A stretch of DNA of 64,000 bases from Priapulus caudatus (GCF_000485595.1 NW_014577070.1:708354-772353), one strand, 5' to 3'; positions 1 through 14,403 are shown, counted from the stretch's first letter. The notes: generated by a model not told the origin, from the sequence alone. Program-made: numbers and translations.

Positions 1-3000
1 ACCAAGAGCTCCATCACCAGCTGAACAACACCAAGCCCCACGTCAGAAAGTTCATCAGTTACCGCAGGCAGGATTCATGTCACAGACACAGAAACCTCAG
101 CGAAGTCAATGGGAAGAGCCTGAACCAGAGCCTGAACCTGAACCAAAACCGGAACCATTGGTGTTAGAAAATTGCGGAACGCCCTCAGCCACGACCAGAA
201 CCTGTTAAGTCGATGCCTATCACTGTTAAAAAGTTCTTTGAGGACATCCGTACCGAGGAGGAGCACAAGAAGTTCTCCGATGTCTCAGAGATAAAGGTGA
301 CGAAGCTGTTTGAGGAAATGCCTTGGCGCACTCAGTTTGACCTTCCTCAACAGGAACCATCCGGAATCATCAATATTCCCGTAAGTAAAGATTCTTCCCC
401 AGTCTACGTTAAGTTTTTTGACAAAATTTTCTTATGACAAAGTGATTATCTCGAAAAACTTGCTGACGCTCGATCGCATAAAAATAATGCCAACTGCTAT
501 TTTTGTTCTTCCATTTAGATTCAGGTGACTTTCGCAGCCACCAGCACAGGCGAAGCCGCCACCCAGCAGACGCGTGCATCAACTGCCTCAGTCTGGTTTC
601 ATGTCGAAGACGTCTGCGCTTCAGCGCGGCTACTGGTCAGAACCTGAAGAGACTTGGTGACGCCCCGCTACTACGTGGAGCATCCTCCCTCAGACTACTA
701 CAGTGACACCGAGGTCCGCCAGTCTCCCGTCGAAAAGCGAAAGAAGATCTTCGAGACATAAGAACTGAAGAGGACACAAGAAGTTTACCGAGGAGCACGA
801 CATTAAAAGTGCGGAAGATCTTCGAAGACGGCGCACCAGCGTGGGCACCTGTAAAGGTACGGCGCTATTTTTCAGTCCTTAATTTAAATAATTAAAAATA
901 AAAGCTTATTAATTAAAAATTAAATTCTTAAACTTAATATACAATCGACTACAGTGTAGCCCCGTTATAACGCGATGGTTGGGGTCCATAAAATGTCCTC
1001 GCGAAAAAAGCAGGGTTGCGCTAAATAGGGGATATATATACGTGGCCATGTAAGAGCAAAAAAGGGGGTCCAACGACTCTTTACGTTATATCTGAATTTG
1101 CGTTAAATCGGGGCGCGTAAAATCGGGGTTCCACTGTATTTTAAACTAAGCGTTTTGCGGATATCCTTCGTATGTGTACGCAGTTGTGCTCTACCGCACA
1201 AATGCTTGCTGAAGTACCAATCCTACCATCTGTCCCTCAGGCACCCGACAGTGTTTTGCCGAGGCCAGAACCTCAGCCGCTGACAAAGACGCGTGTGCAT
1301 CAGCTGCCTCAGGCTGGCTTCATGTCGAAGACCAGCGTGCCGCAGCGTGGCTACTGGTCGGAGCCCGAGGAAGATTCCGAGCCAGAACCCGCGCGCAAAC
1401 TCACGTCCCTGCGCGTGATCCCGGCCCATCCCGCATCGGTACAATCCGAGCCGGGGGGTGGCGTCGAGGCGCGGCGAAGCATCTTTGAAAATATCACGAC
1501 CGAAGAGCACCACAAGAAGTTTACGGAAGATTACGACATCAAATACAAACAGGTATGCGTCGTCAGTTAGGAGCTCGGAACGGAAGCTGCACGACATTCA
1601 CCGACAGTCATAACGGAATTACGTTACAGACTACGAACGTAATTACGTTCGTACGAAATTACGGAATTACTTCGGACTACGAATTTTCGGTAGTAAGAAT
1701 TTTTCTGTCCGTTTCAGGTATTTGAGGAAGCGGCTCCACAGCCGGTACTAGCGGCGCCTCAGCCGCGGCCGGTGGCGCCCCCTCTTAAGCGCATGCATTC
1801 ACTGCCGCACTCAGGCTTCATGACGACAGCACAGGTAGGTTGTAGCACACTGTCGGGAACTAGCAGAGAGGCATTAAGCATACGAGTGAGAATTAGACGG
1901 TGTGTGGCAATCATTACAATGTGCTTTGCAGCGACTTTGAGGTGCTTATTACTCACATGTTTTATGTACAGCCATACCAGCAGTCATACCTATCCGACAC
2001 TGAGGTGTCAACCTCAAAAAGGAATGTCAAGCCGCTTCCCCAGGCTGGGTTTGTTACAACAATAAAGGTACAAATAATTTCGTTTCGATTTTATAGTACC
2101 GGGTATTGTATTCGTACTATTAGGATGGCTACACCAATCTATGTTCGCAGCAGTAGATAAATGTGTTGCGGCCACAGGAGTGAATGCATTTCATTTAAGT
2201 AATATAATTATTAATATTATTATTATTAATTCATATAATTATATTTTTTACGTTTGCAGAAACCCGAACACAGAGCATATCTGTCTGAGCCAGAGACGGA
2301 ACCAGAGGTTGAACACAGGCGACGTATTTTTGAAAAGCTAACAACCGAACAGCATGACCTACGCACTCGCGAAGATATAGAAAGAAAATATAGGACTGTA
2401 GTTGAGCCTGGTTTAGAAGCCCATGCTCCTGCACCAGTACAGGTTTGTGCGGCACCGGCTAGAGGCAATGCGAAATCCCTAAAAGCTCAAAAACAGGCAG
2501 CCCACGTTACCCACAGAAACCAGTCGCTGTTAGTGCACTAGCTGAGTCCTCTCACCACCTCGTGTCGTGATTCGAAGACTCGCTAGTAGTTTGGAATTAG
2601 GAAATCTCCCTAACCGTTTCGTAAATAGGAGATACACGTGTAGGTTACTTGTGTTGGCTGGTGGTTAAGACAATAGAAACCAGGACGACGTGACTCGAAA
2701 ACAAAATGGCCACAATGCTGTGCATAGTGATCACAACGACAGACAATGCGCGGCGGCCTTAGACACCTCTGACTCTGAGCATGCGATTTTGTGATAGATC
2801 TAGCGTTACTCCTTACATTTTACTAAATGTTTCCGTTTATATGTCTACAGATTTATTAACTTATTTAAGTGTATACAATTTAGATAGAGAGATTAGCACT
2901 CTGTGTCATTTAAACTCGTCTCTATCCTCTCTTGTAGTCAGTGTCAGCTGTGCTGACTGCGTGGTGTTACCATTCTCATTTGTGGAGCATTACTAAACGT

Positions 3001-4111
3001 CAGCAGAATAAACAGGCATAGTTTTCAACCAGCCTCTGTTCTGTGGTGTCTTTTTTGAGCTTTTAGGGAAATTAACACTTCTTACCAACACTGAACATTA
3101 TATAATATACCATATGAGCTGTAAATGAAATAAACTCCGGACAGTGCTGTTTGTTTATAGTTTTTGTTTGACTTCCGCCAACACTGCACACGTAGTCTGC
3201 ATAAAACAATGACAACACATGCCTATGCTTGCAACTAATACTTACATCATTTAAATGCTATTTGAACTTTCGGTCCTAAAACTCCTTAACTTCTTGTCTA
3301 ACTCGCATACATTTTAAAAGTGTCTGACCGTTTAGCACAAATAATTATTTATACGAATCTGTAGCTTTTTATAAGTATCAGCCGAGGCACTTTTTCTGCC
3401 TTGAACAAAAACTTATTTAGACCAGTTGCACCTATCGTAAAAAGAATTCGGCTGCAAGTTATTTGACCACATGAAATTAGGTAAGTAATTTCCAGGACAT
3501 TGGCCATAAACATTTAAAGGTATTGTATTTTTGTAAAAAGTTGGAGTTTAAAACACGTATTTTTTATATGTATGCAATAATTAGATCTTGGGTTTTTGGT
3601 AACATTGAAGTTACAGCATGTATTTATTGTAGCTGCAATGCATGATAATCTGAAACTGCCTATGAAGCTTTCAGTAAGTATTTCAAGGTAATGTGATCAT
3701 TGCCCATATTATTGAAAAATGCTGGCTGTTTTGGCTGTGGTTTTTGTTCATAGTTTTGTACGGGGTGGCACGTTTTTTTTCAGACGATTTGACAAGGTTT
3801 TGCTTTAATCTTTATGTTGTGCTTACTAAAGAAATGAATAATTTATGCTTTTAACAGGGGATCCTCACATATTAACTTGCCATTTTTCACTTCATACGTG
3901 CAGTGGCATTTAGTAATCACACATACAGACGCACATGGACGCACGTGTACACAAAAATTTTAATTCAACAAGATGAACTTTACAGAATTGATGAAGTACA
4001 CGAACTATACTTGCCATGTAATTGTGGTTTTAGGAACCAGTACATCAGCAACCCGCACCTCAGAGACGTGCACCTCAGCTTCCACAGGCTGGCTTCATCA
4101 CACAGGGACAG
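1..4111 (+). CDS. sls: Titin-like exons: Pro/Glu/Gln-rich repeat region (all phase-0 junctions)
   Basis: Exons <1-380, 519-856, 1241-1552, 1718-1834, 1972-2067, 2260-2442, 4034-4111. The last five have lengths divisible by 3. The first two contain single-base indels (e.g. near 168-171, and several in 519-856). Recurrent motifs are LPQAGF, YWSEPE/YLSDTE and RRxIFE. Confidence 0.8.
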
Positions 4112-7100
4112 GTAAACTGCGTGGTACCATTATGCGTATGAGCATTCATTTGCGTGGATTAGTCACTTAATTTTCATGTATTTATTGTATATATATATAT
4201 ATATAACCTGTACTATTTGTCAGGTGAATCTCACCAGGCTCGATTTGATGAGAAACAATTTCTGTGTTATTATTACGATTTTTTTTTCGTTTTTCTACAA
4301 TTATGGTTGTTGTTTTTTGCTTTTAGAAGGTTGGCACTGATTTGCATCTTATTTCTGGTAGGTCCCTCAGCAGGTTTCAGTTCAGATACCTGATGTGGCT
4401 CCAGTCTTTATTGAGCCACTCAAGGACTTCCTAGTACTTGAAGGAAGCAAGGTTCGACTTGAATGCAAGGTGACCGGAAGACCAACCCCTAACATTGAGT
4501 GGTTCAAGGACGGCATCTCCATTGAGGTGAGAAGGCGCAACATGATTGAATTTAACATTTTGTGGTGTCTGCAACATTCTTAGTAATTTGATAATGGAAC
4601 TCCCAATCTTTTGCCTATAGTACACCCATGTACAACTGGTTTTATTTTTGCAGAATAATTCCGACTATGTGACGAGCATTCTCGATGATGGACTATGTAC
4701 GCTGGCGATTGAGGAGTCGTTTGCAGACGATACGGCAAGATTCGCCTGCAGGGCTACTAATCCTCTGGGTAGTGCTGAGACATCAGCTGTGCTGACTGTC
4801 AAAGGTATGTGCAATTATTTCGTGTCTGCTTCATAATCTTGTAGTAATCTTTCTCTCTCTTCCTCTCTTTCTTCCCCCTTCTCTCTCTCTATATATATAT
4901 ATCATTTGTTACTTCTTATTATTTTTACGTGAGGGCAGCTATTGTTATTGATGTTGCAGCTATAAAATCTTTTTGATGATCACAAATAAATTATTTAAGT
5001 AGATCAGATATTTCTGAAGTACAGGTAAAACCTTAACATTTGCTGAGATTGGCGATCCATTTCTTGAAAAATCACTAAAATATTCATTATAATTTTTACA
5101 TGAGAATAAATTAAAGTAAGAATAAGTGTGTTAAATAATCAATAAAACAACTATTTACATATACAATATTACTATATACAACCCAGTACAACTATTTACT
5201 AATGTAGTTTGTTCATATTATATCTAAGATCTTATAATAATAGTTTTTCGTTTTATCACCATCGCCAGCTTGAAATGCGCGTGAGGTGTAGACCTGCGAG
5301 TGTTGAATGTGCAGTTGTTGATAGTGGCTATGATGTAATGCCTGTGTGTACTGTGTATAGTAGTCATCTCACTGTGATGTAGTGCACCAATGTGAAATTG
5401 TCCGTTCATACTCTCAGACACGAACCCGCCGGAGTACATGCCACCCGACTTTGTGAAGCGACTGGAAAGCGCCGAGGTACCAGAGGGCAGCACTGTCACG
5501 TTCGAGTGTCACGTGATAGGAAACCCGGCGCCAGAGATCCACTGGTTCAAGGACGAGATTAACATCGATCATCTCCCGCACTTTGTGATCGCAAACAATC
5601 CAAACGGTAAGCAAAGTTGCAATTCAAGATGTGCACAGGCTGCGAACGGGTCCTGGGAAACATGGAAAGTCCTGGAATTTTTATTTTTCCAGGTCTAAAA
5701 AGTTCTGGTTAATAAGTTATTAATATCCTTAAGTATTGGAAAGTTCTGGAAATTGAGCACATGCCCACTTGTGTTCACATTTTACTAATGATAATAAGAA
5801 GTTTAATATAGAGACGGATATATAGCCCCGTTTACTGTCTGAGAAGCAATAACACTTGCTTGAGGCAAGAGATTGTTCACTAATTGTTCATTGGGAGATA
5901 CGAGTTACAAATACTGTATTTAGCTCGACTTGGCATCTATGGAAATAGACCTTCTAGCTTCTAGAAAATGTTTTATCTCCAGTACGAACCCTGTAACAAA
6001 TTGCTCTGGATTGTCCCAAAATTTTGCATCACGTGCCATCTTTTAGATGCGTGTGGATTCTTTAATATTTTTTGGTGGCAGCTCATATGTTATATAGTAA
6101 GATGTCGTTTCGAGCGATTCTTCAAAGTTTCATTACCCGTCGTTGCAGGAGTGTGTCAACTGACAATTCAGGGAGTCACACCAACACACAAAGCACGATA
6201 CACGTGCAAGGCTTACAACGAGTTTGGGCAGTCTTCCACTAGTGCTGAGCTGCTAACCAAGCGTAAGTGCTTCCAATTGTTTTTCTAAGGGTGCTGCACT
6301 TGCAAGCAATCGTGGACCACATCGATCACGATTGTTCATTCCTTCATGCTGTATATTAGCTCTAGGTTTAACAAAGTGTGCGGTTATTCACAGCCAGGGA
6401 GGGTTTCAAAACTTTGCTATTCTCGATTTATTGTGAGAAAGTGTTGCGCAGCATATGAGTACGTTCATTTTATGATAGTCTCGCTCCTATATTCTCGTGA
6501 AATCCGACGAGGAGCTAATTCTGAAAAAGGTTTCACAGTGACGTAAGGCGTGCAGCGTATATGATGCCGCTCAGGATTTAGCCGCGTTCCCCTTTAAACT
6601 ATTTGTTTAAATCCGGTTTAATCTATTCGTTTAAATCCGGTTTAAACTATTCGTTTAAATCCAGTTTAAACTATTCGTTTAAATCCGGTTTAAACTATTT
6701 GTTTAATTCTGGTTTAAACTATTGCTTGCAACTATTTATTTGCATCCGGTTTGAGCTATTTGTTTGATGTGCAGCGGCGGAGACAGCATACAGGCCCGTG
6801 TTCAAGCAGGAACTGCACGACATCAAGGTTGGTCAGAACCAGACGGCGAGGCTGGAAGTGCGCGTTGATGCTCACCCTCCTCCAGAACTCACCTGGATGC
6901 ACAACAAGCAACCCATCGACCAGTTCAACCCCAACGTCAGGGTACCGTCACACTGTTACTATTACACTATATTATATATATATATATATATTATATATAT
7001 ATATGTGTGTGTGCATGTGTACAAAGTATCTACCTACAATTTATACATATATATATACTGTATATATACATATTATATATATATATATATATATATATAC

Positions 7101-9276
7101 TCTGTAGTTAAATACTCTGTTCACACGCGTACACGTGCATGCACACACATGCATGCACACAAACAGATGTGTGTATAGATTGTGTAGATATGTTCATGGC
7201 CTTGCCTTATCAGTTAACAAACAACATTGTCCCAAACAATATCGTCACCTGCTAACCAAACGGGGTTTCAAATCTTTAACTATAACAACTTCAACTCTAA
7301 CAATACGATGAATAAAATAAATCGACAGCCACGTCGTCAACATGCTGCGTGACCTTTACAAACAAGTTGCAGTTCTTGTGGTTTCACTATATAACCGTGA
7401 TTCGCGTGAAAACGATAACAGCGACCTTTCTGTAGAGGTATCCGCGTGACGCCCCACTCCGCGTTACAGGCGCAGTTTGAGGGCCAGAACCTGTTCTCGC
7501 TGACCGTCGCCGGCACGAGCGAGCGTGACTCGGGCATCTACATCTGCACGGCGCGCAACCCCATAGGCGAGGCTCAGTCTACCTGCATCGTCAACGTCGT
7601 GCCGGGCGAGGTGCCGCTGCAGGCACCGCGACCCGTGCAGGTGATGGTGGCGCCACCGAAGCAGATGATCGGCGTCAGCGAGCCGGACATGTCGGCGTCG
7701 GACGTCGAGTCGCAGAAGCCGAACTTCACAAAGCCGCTGCTGAACGCTTACGTGCTCGAGGGAAACAAGTGCAAGCTAGACTGCGTCGTCGTCGGCAATC
7801 CAGAACCGGAGGCAAGTTGTCTGTCCCTCGAGTTGTGTGTGTGTGTGTGTAGAAGTAAGAGCGCGCACACACCCATGAAGATGTAGATGGAGATATGTAA
7901 ATATGAATATAGAATGTGGTCTCAATGTTTTATATTTTATTTATATTTTCCAAATTTTGTATGTAGGCTAATTCGATTTTTTAATATATATTTAAATGTT
8001 TGTTTATATATTTTAATCTATACATTATAATATTATCATATTTTATATATAAGAGCAAAGTCAAGGTTTTGGGTGATTATCAGCAAGTAAATGTTGAGAA
8101 TGCCTAAATTGAATACCTCATCTATTTTCACAGCATTAACAATTAGTAATTACCAAATAATTATAACCTAACCACCATTAACCTACCATTAATTACCAAT
8201 ATTACTACTTATTTGTCATCGTGCTGATTGTCCCATTCTGTTGTCAATTATTTTTAACGTTTTTCAATGTTTCTTCGTGTATCTCCCCAGGTCATCTGGT
8301 ACCACAATGGCAAGCCAGTGAAGGAGTCGCCAGACTTTCAGCTCTTGTTCCATGGCGATCACTGCACGCTGGTCATCCGCACGGCATATCTCGAAGATGC
8401 TGGTGAATACGTGTGCAAGGCCGTGAACAAATCAGGCGAGGCCGTCAGTACCAGCCGTCTACACGTCGAACGTAAGCCTTACTGAACTGTTACACTACGT
8501 AAAGCAGCATGGAAAACCGCGTATCGCGAGCAATACGAGAATAGAGATAATTGAAATGTGTAAAGGAATGGAAAATGGTGTCAAGCGTAAGATCGTGAGA
8601 TAATAATTCCTGCACGGCACTCACCGAGTACGGCAGTGAGTCCGCAGCAGCAGCAGCAGCACCTGTAGTGCATCATCAGCATCACCATCTTCCTCTCTCT
8701 TCCCTTGCAGCGCTGAGCGAGATGAGCGATGCTGAGAAGGGGTTCAGCGGCGCGGAGAGGAAGCGTGAGATCATCGTCTCCAAGGAGGAGTCTGTCGCGC
8801 CGAAGTTCGTGCAGCTGATCGCTGACGTGACAGCGAGTGAGGGAGAGAGGATAACGTTCGGCTGCCGTGTGACGGGAGCGCCCGAGCCAGAGGTGACCTG
8901 GTACAGGAACGGTCGACTCATCGAGTCGTCGCCAGACTTCCAGGTAAGGTCATTTTGCGGGCTTCGTTATGTGTGCAGCGGCTTATATTCTGTGTATACT
9001 TATACGTTTGGCATGTTGTTGAGCCTGCGCTCAACAACCGTGTAAGATCAGTTTATGTATGTATCTATCTATATTTATGTATCAGGAGTAAATTATAATA
9101 AATTTGTTATTATTTACTCCTGCATATATGTACGTATATATATACACCCCCCATACACACATATATATGTATATATATGTTTATGGAAGTAAAAAAAGAC
9201 GGACACCCATGCAGAAATATATGAAAACATTTGAAAAATATATATGAAAAATATAAAATATTTATATATATTTTTA

Positions 9277-9317
<41 letters not shown>

Positions 9318-9573
9318 NNNNNNNNNNNNNNNNNNNNNNNNNNNNNNNNNNNNNNNNNNNNNNNNNNNNNNNNNNNNNNNNNNNNNNNNNNNNNNNNNNN
9401 NNNNNNNNNNNNNNNNNNNNNNNNNNNNNNNNNNNNNNNNNNNNNNNNNNNNNNNNNNNNNNNNNNNNNNNNNNNNNNNNNNNNNNNNNNNNNNNNNNNN
9501 NNNNNNNNNNNNNNNNNNNNNNNNNNNNNNNNNNNNNNNNNNNNNNNNNNNNNNNNNNNNNNNNNNNNNNNNN

Positions 9574-9605
<32 letters not shown>

Positions 9606-12600
9606 GTATATATGATGGTAACATGCTTGTACCAGATGTGAGTAATAAAGTCAGGAAGATTTGTGAGGGCAATGAGTGGCAGTCAAGTGAAATGCACACT
9701 TGACTTCATGCAGGCTCAAAGGTCTGGCGGTTCGCGCCTCGTCGTGGTCACTGCTATTAGGAACCACTTTACCCCAGCTTGCTTCTGTCAACACCTGCTG
9801 TAGAAACAGATTTTGATAGCACTAGCGTAAGGCTAACAACCTCTGCTGCATAAAAGACATGCATAAGTAGCTTTGCTCGGATAAGCTTGTTATAGAAACC
9901 AACGCAACACAGTCGTGGGTGCTCCCCGAATGTAGCTAAAAGAGCACGATGGAAAAAATCTAGGCGTATGTGATGCATCGACGTCAGTAAAGACGTCATT
10001 CGTATTTTAACAAGTACATTGATGAATCATTAATAAATTCAGTTTTGCATTAGTCCATGCCGATGGTAATGAAGCATGATTTATAGAAAGTGCGGTGTGT
10101 AACTTCACACGTGCGCCCGATGAGTTGGCTGTTTTTCGTAAACAGAAATTATATTTTATTATATAGATGAATAGATGATGATGAATAGAATATAGATCAG
10201 GCGGTGAATAATAGGTATACTATAGGTATGATCAAATGCACATAACTCCTTATATCCTTGTACTCTTGATAAGATGATATAATGATTCTAAGAGCTGCTA
10301 AACAGCAGTTACTTTTGTAAGGCAATCTTTTTAAGCGGTCAAATTGAGTAGCAGCGCAAATAAGAGTATTGCCTTAGCAACATCGAATCTAGTAAACGCT
10401 CTAATATAATGTTTCTAATAGCTGCTTGTTTGTGTTTTGCACGGTAAACACACCAAAAACTAGTCAAAACAGCGGGAGACGGGGGACGGGAAATTTTGAG
10501 AGATCGCGAAGAGACGGTGCGTGCGCGTACGGTAGACGCGCGCCTACTAAATTATTCAGCAGTTCCAGGAAGTACAGCTGCAAAAAAGCCCCCTAAGTAT
10601 TTGTGGAGCGAGGTTTAAGAATAGATTCGCCTATTAGCGATGACTTGCTGTACATTGGGTTAGGCTGACGCATTGCAAACACACGCGTGTCCGCGCAACA
10701 CACACTTAACGCGCAAATATACGCAGTTCTAAACTTTTATCTGTGACATCATTTCGCCGATAGCTTGTAACTAATTTCCTGCCGAGCTAATACCTTGCTG
10801 TTTCGGGCAACTGTGGACATATTCATCGTTGCAAGCCATTTCCGTGACATCCGATGTTTTATGGGAACGCATGTGGCGTGGGGTACGAGAGCGAATTGCC
10901 ATCAATACTCTGCCCGGCACTGCCTGAGCTCTAAAGTGAACCGGTTAGCACGTGTCCACCGGCTACATTACCAGCACACTCAATATCTAACTCATAGCTG
11001 CCTTGGCTTCACGATTCAGTACCGCTACATAGACAGTTGGCTCAATATCTATTTTATAGCTATCTTGGTTTCAGGGTTCGGTAGCAATACATAGACAGTG
11101 GGCTCAATATAAAATTAATAGTTATCTTGGCTTCAAGATTCAATAGCAAAACATAGAGAGGGGGCCTAATGTAAAATTCATAGTTGTCTTGACTTAAATA
11201 TTAAATACCGCTACATAGACAGTGGGCTCAATATCTAATTCATAGTTATCTTGACTTCACGGTTCATGCAGTACCACTACATAGACAGTGTGCTCAATAG
11301 CTAATTCATAGCTAGTTATCTTGGCTTCAGTATTCAGTAGTTGCCATCGCTTCTGTAGCTTCTACTTTTAGCCTCTGGTTCTTCAGCACCTCATCCTGGT
11401 GTTAAAATCTCACATTTCCCGCATCGCTAATTTTAGCCGTGGTAAATGGTCCATCATTTTACTGGATAACAGGTGCTTTGGTGTGAGTGGGTGGGGGTTA
11501 GTAATCATTCTGGAGCTCACAGTCTGATAAATGTAATGTCAGACACACAGTCTGGCATTTATTTTGACTTTGTTTAACTAGTTGGTTTATTTTTTATTTT
11601 TAACGCTATGAGAGATTTTTTTCGAAAAATAGTAGTCGTCAGATGCATAGGCCTACAAATCCATTGTTACGCAAGTAAACACACGCACGGATGCATACAC
11701 ATGTCGAAGTGATCTGGAGTTGTTTGCAATTATTTTGATCCTATTAAAATTGGCAGTTGATTTGGTGAAGCTGAGCCATAACAAGTGAAAAATCACTTGG
11801 GCTAAATTTTATATAGTAAGCCTAAAGCTCTCTTCCCCATATGTCTCTGGAAATTTAATAATACACTATGCCTCTTGCTGATATGAATTGACGCGCTGAC
11901 GCACCACATCTTCATAGTGTTTATCAAATAACGTTACGCATTTTTCATGGAAATAACTTACAAGTTAACCAAGTGACGATTCGTTAGAAAATTGCGCCCC
12001 ACAAGATTTTCTGACTAAAATAAAGACGGTCATCCTCTGACGGTCATCTCTAGGCGCCGGCGATTCTAATGACATAGATTGCCTCGTCTCCGCTACAGTA
12101 CGATGTCCCGCGTACCCAATCTGGACGGCACGTGCCCATCTAAGTCTGGCGTGGCAGGCAAAAACGCGCGGGGATCTGCAGGCTGCTCGCTGCTGCGTTA
12201 AAATAAAAGCAACTGGAATCCAAGCTGGTGTAACGTATATATGCAGAGACCTAATAAGGCTGGCGGGCCAGCTGCGTGGGGAGTTGTGACTCGTGCACGC
12301 GCCAGCCGATAGGGGGCCTACTTGTGTTTCACCTCAGCGCCGAGCAGCCTACCGCAAGCGAGGGCGCCTCCGCGAATGTTTTTCCTATAGAGGGAGACGC
12401 GTGCTTCCAATCAGGCCTGCCTTGCCCGCCTGCGAAAAGTGGGCTGCTTGTTGGCTGGTGCGCGTTGCTAGCCAGCTAAGCGTGTAAGGGAAGCAACCTG
12501 GCAGGACGGTGAAGTGTTTGCGTGTGTGACGTTGCATAGGACCTGCTTCCAGCTGTGATTACCACTGCACTCTGGATACATTACCTCACTGTGAGGCGCA

Positions 12601-14403
12601 TTTGTTTAAGGATACCTTTGAAGAGCACATGTAAGATCAATGCTTGCACATATATACGTTAACCATTTGCTATTCGTTGCGTGTGTTCTCGTGTTCACCC
12701 TTCCTAATGTAGGAAGCCATGCCGACATTACAATGACTGCATGTTCTCTGCTATTCACACCCTTTGTAGATATCTGAATTACACGCTTCCTTTGCCAGAG
12801 AATAGCGGGTGTTTGAGTATATTCACCATTAAATGAATGTAATATGGCTTCAGTAGTGATTCTGTTCAACTTGCACATCATGTTGGTTGCAAACGGGTCT
12901 TAGGTCCATGAAGCTTTACATAGACGCAACAGCTTTGTTCTCTTTGTACCAATGTCACCAGTAGTGTGGCACCTCTGCAATCCATCTGTGTGAGATAATT
13001 ATGTAATGGAATTTTGTTGTAGTAACATGTCATCGTCGTCTGTCGGCTCGTTCATCAAATTCCTCTGTATTCTGGGTTATACTTTGAAACCATTTACCCA
13101 AGTGGCTTCTGCCTTCACATGTCACGCGTGGTGTCACATATTTAATGCAGTGTCTAACGAACGAGCTCTAAGTTATAGAATTTTGCGGTCATGTTCGGAT
13201 GTCAGCGTTAGGTTGAGCTGAGTATAAAGAGCGGATTATGACGCTTCGGGGCAGGATAGTTTTACATGTGACCATTGACACGGGAGCTTTACGTGTCTCC
13301 ACTGGCAGGCCACGGTGTTAACAAGATATTTTGTTTGCGGCAATAAGTGGCTGATACCTTTTGCATGACGTGCCCCGAGGGTTGGCTGTACATCGGGCAA
13401 CCTTGTAACACGCTCGCGCCACAGAAATAGCGGCGAGACGTAAGCAAGACCCCGCTAGCTACTTCGCCTTGCTTCCGAGTTATTTTAGTCTACGCGTGAT
13501 GCTGCGGAGGCTGTAGCCAAGGCGATGTCTTTGAAATGCTCCCCGTGGCAGGCGCTTACTTTTTGATGCATCATGCGAATGAAATGCGTAATACCATGAA
13601 CATGTCTATACAGTCTATATTTATATATGTATATTATGTTCACGGTAGTATAAATCAACGTAGAGTGAATGAGATCGAGGTCAAATAAACTTCACTGGCA
13701 GTTTCGTATGCAAGTATTAATTATGTTGCTCTGATTTTGTGAAGCCAGTGTAGGAAGATTGCATTGTGATAAACCGGTGAGATATATGTTAGCTATAAGT
13801 ATTCAAATCTCTCGTTGTGATTTAGAAAAAAGTAAAAGTACCGTACTTCCAAAAAAAATTCTTCGAAGCTCCCACCAAAAAACTCGGTGCGTATGTGATG
13901 CATACTGTCTTACTCCGTGTGAGTCCGCATCCGCTTTACAGCAATGTGAGTGTGAGTGTAAGCGAATCGACGTGATTCATATAGGAATACTGCTCAACTT
14001 TCGATGTTCTAAAAGTAGCCGCATATATACAGCCGGTGAATCGTACAGTGCTGCGCGTACTGGGGCCGGTCGTATCCTCCTTCTGTTTATTTTTCCCTAC
14101 TTGCTAATAATAGATGCAGCTTGCCTCCTTCTATTCTAAATTACAGGACTCGTGTCCGAAGCATAGGTTGTGTATTTTCTAGGTTGTGATATTTTTTGAG
14201 TCATGCAGCTATTGGGGTATTGCTGCTATTATGGTTTGCTGGACACGTGGCCATTATACCCGGCTGTTGTTATCTTCAGTAGCTTTCGGTGGAAATTGCT
14301 TGTGCGGTTTCTTTGGTAATTGCTTGCATCCGAGTATTTTAAGGGACCATGTGCTTATAGTAGAGAGAGCCAGAGAGAGCGAGAGAGACAGAGAGAGGGA
14401 GGG

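Noticed and set aside
9231..9703. Long ORFs of YIYI/X
   Set aside because: Translations of (TA)n and an N gap.
10975..11340. Regularly spaced repeats as a CRISPR-like array (also 35297-35655 and 45852-46146)
   Set aside because: Whole units repeat with no unique spacers, there are no cas genes, and the context is a eukaryotic intron.
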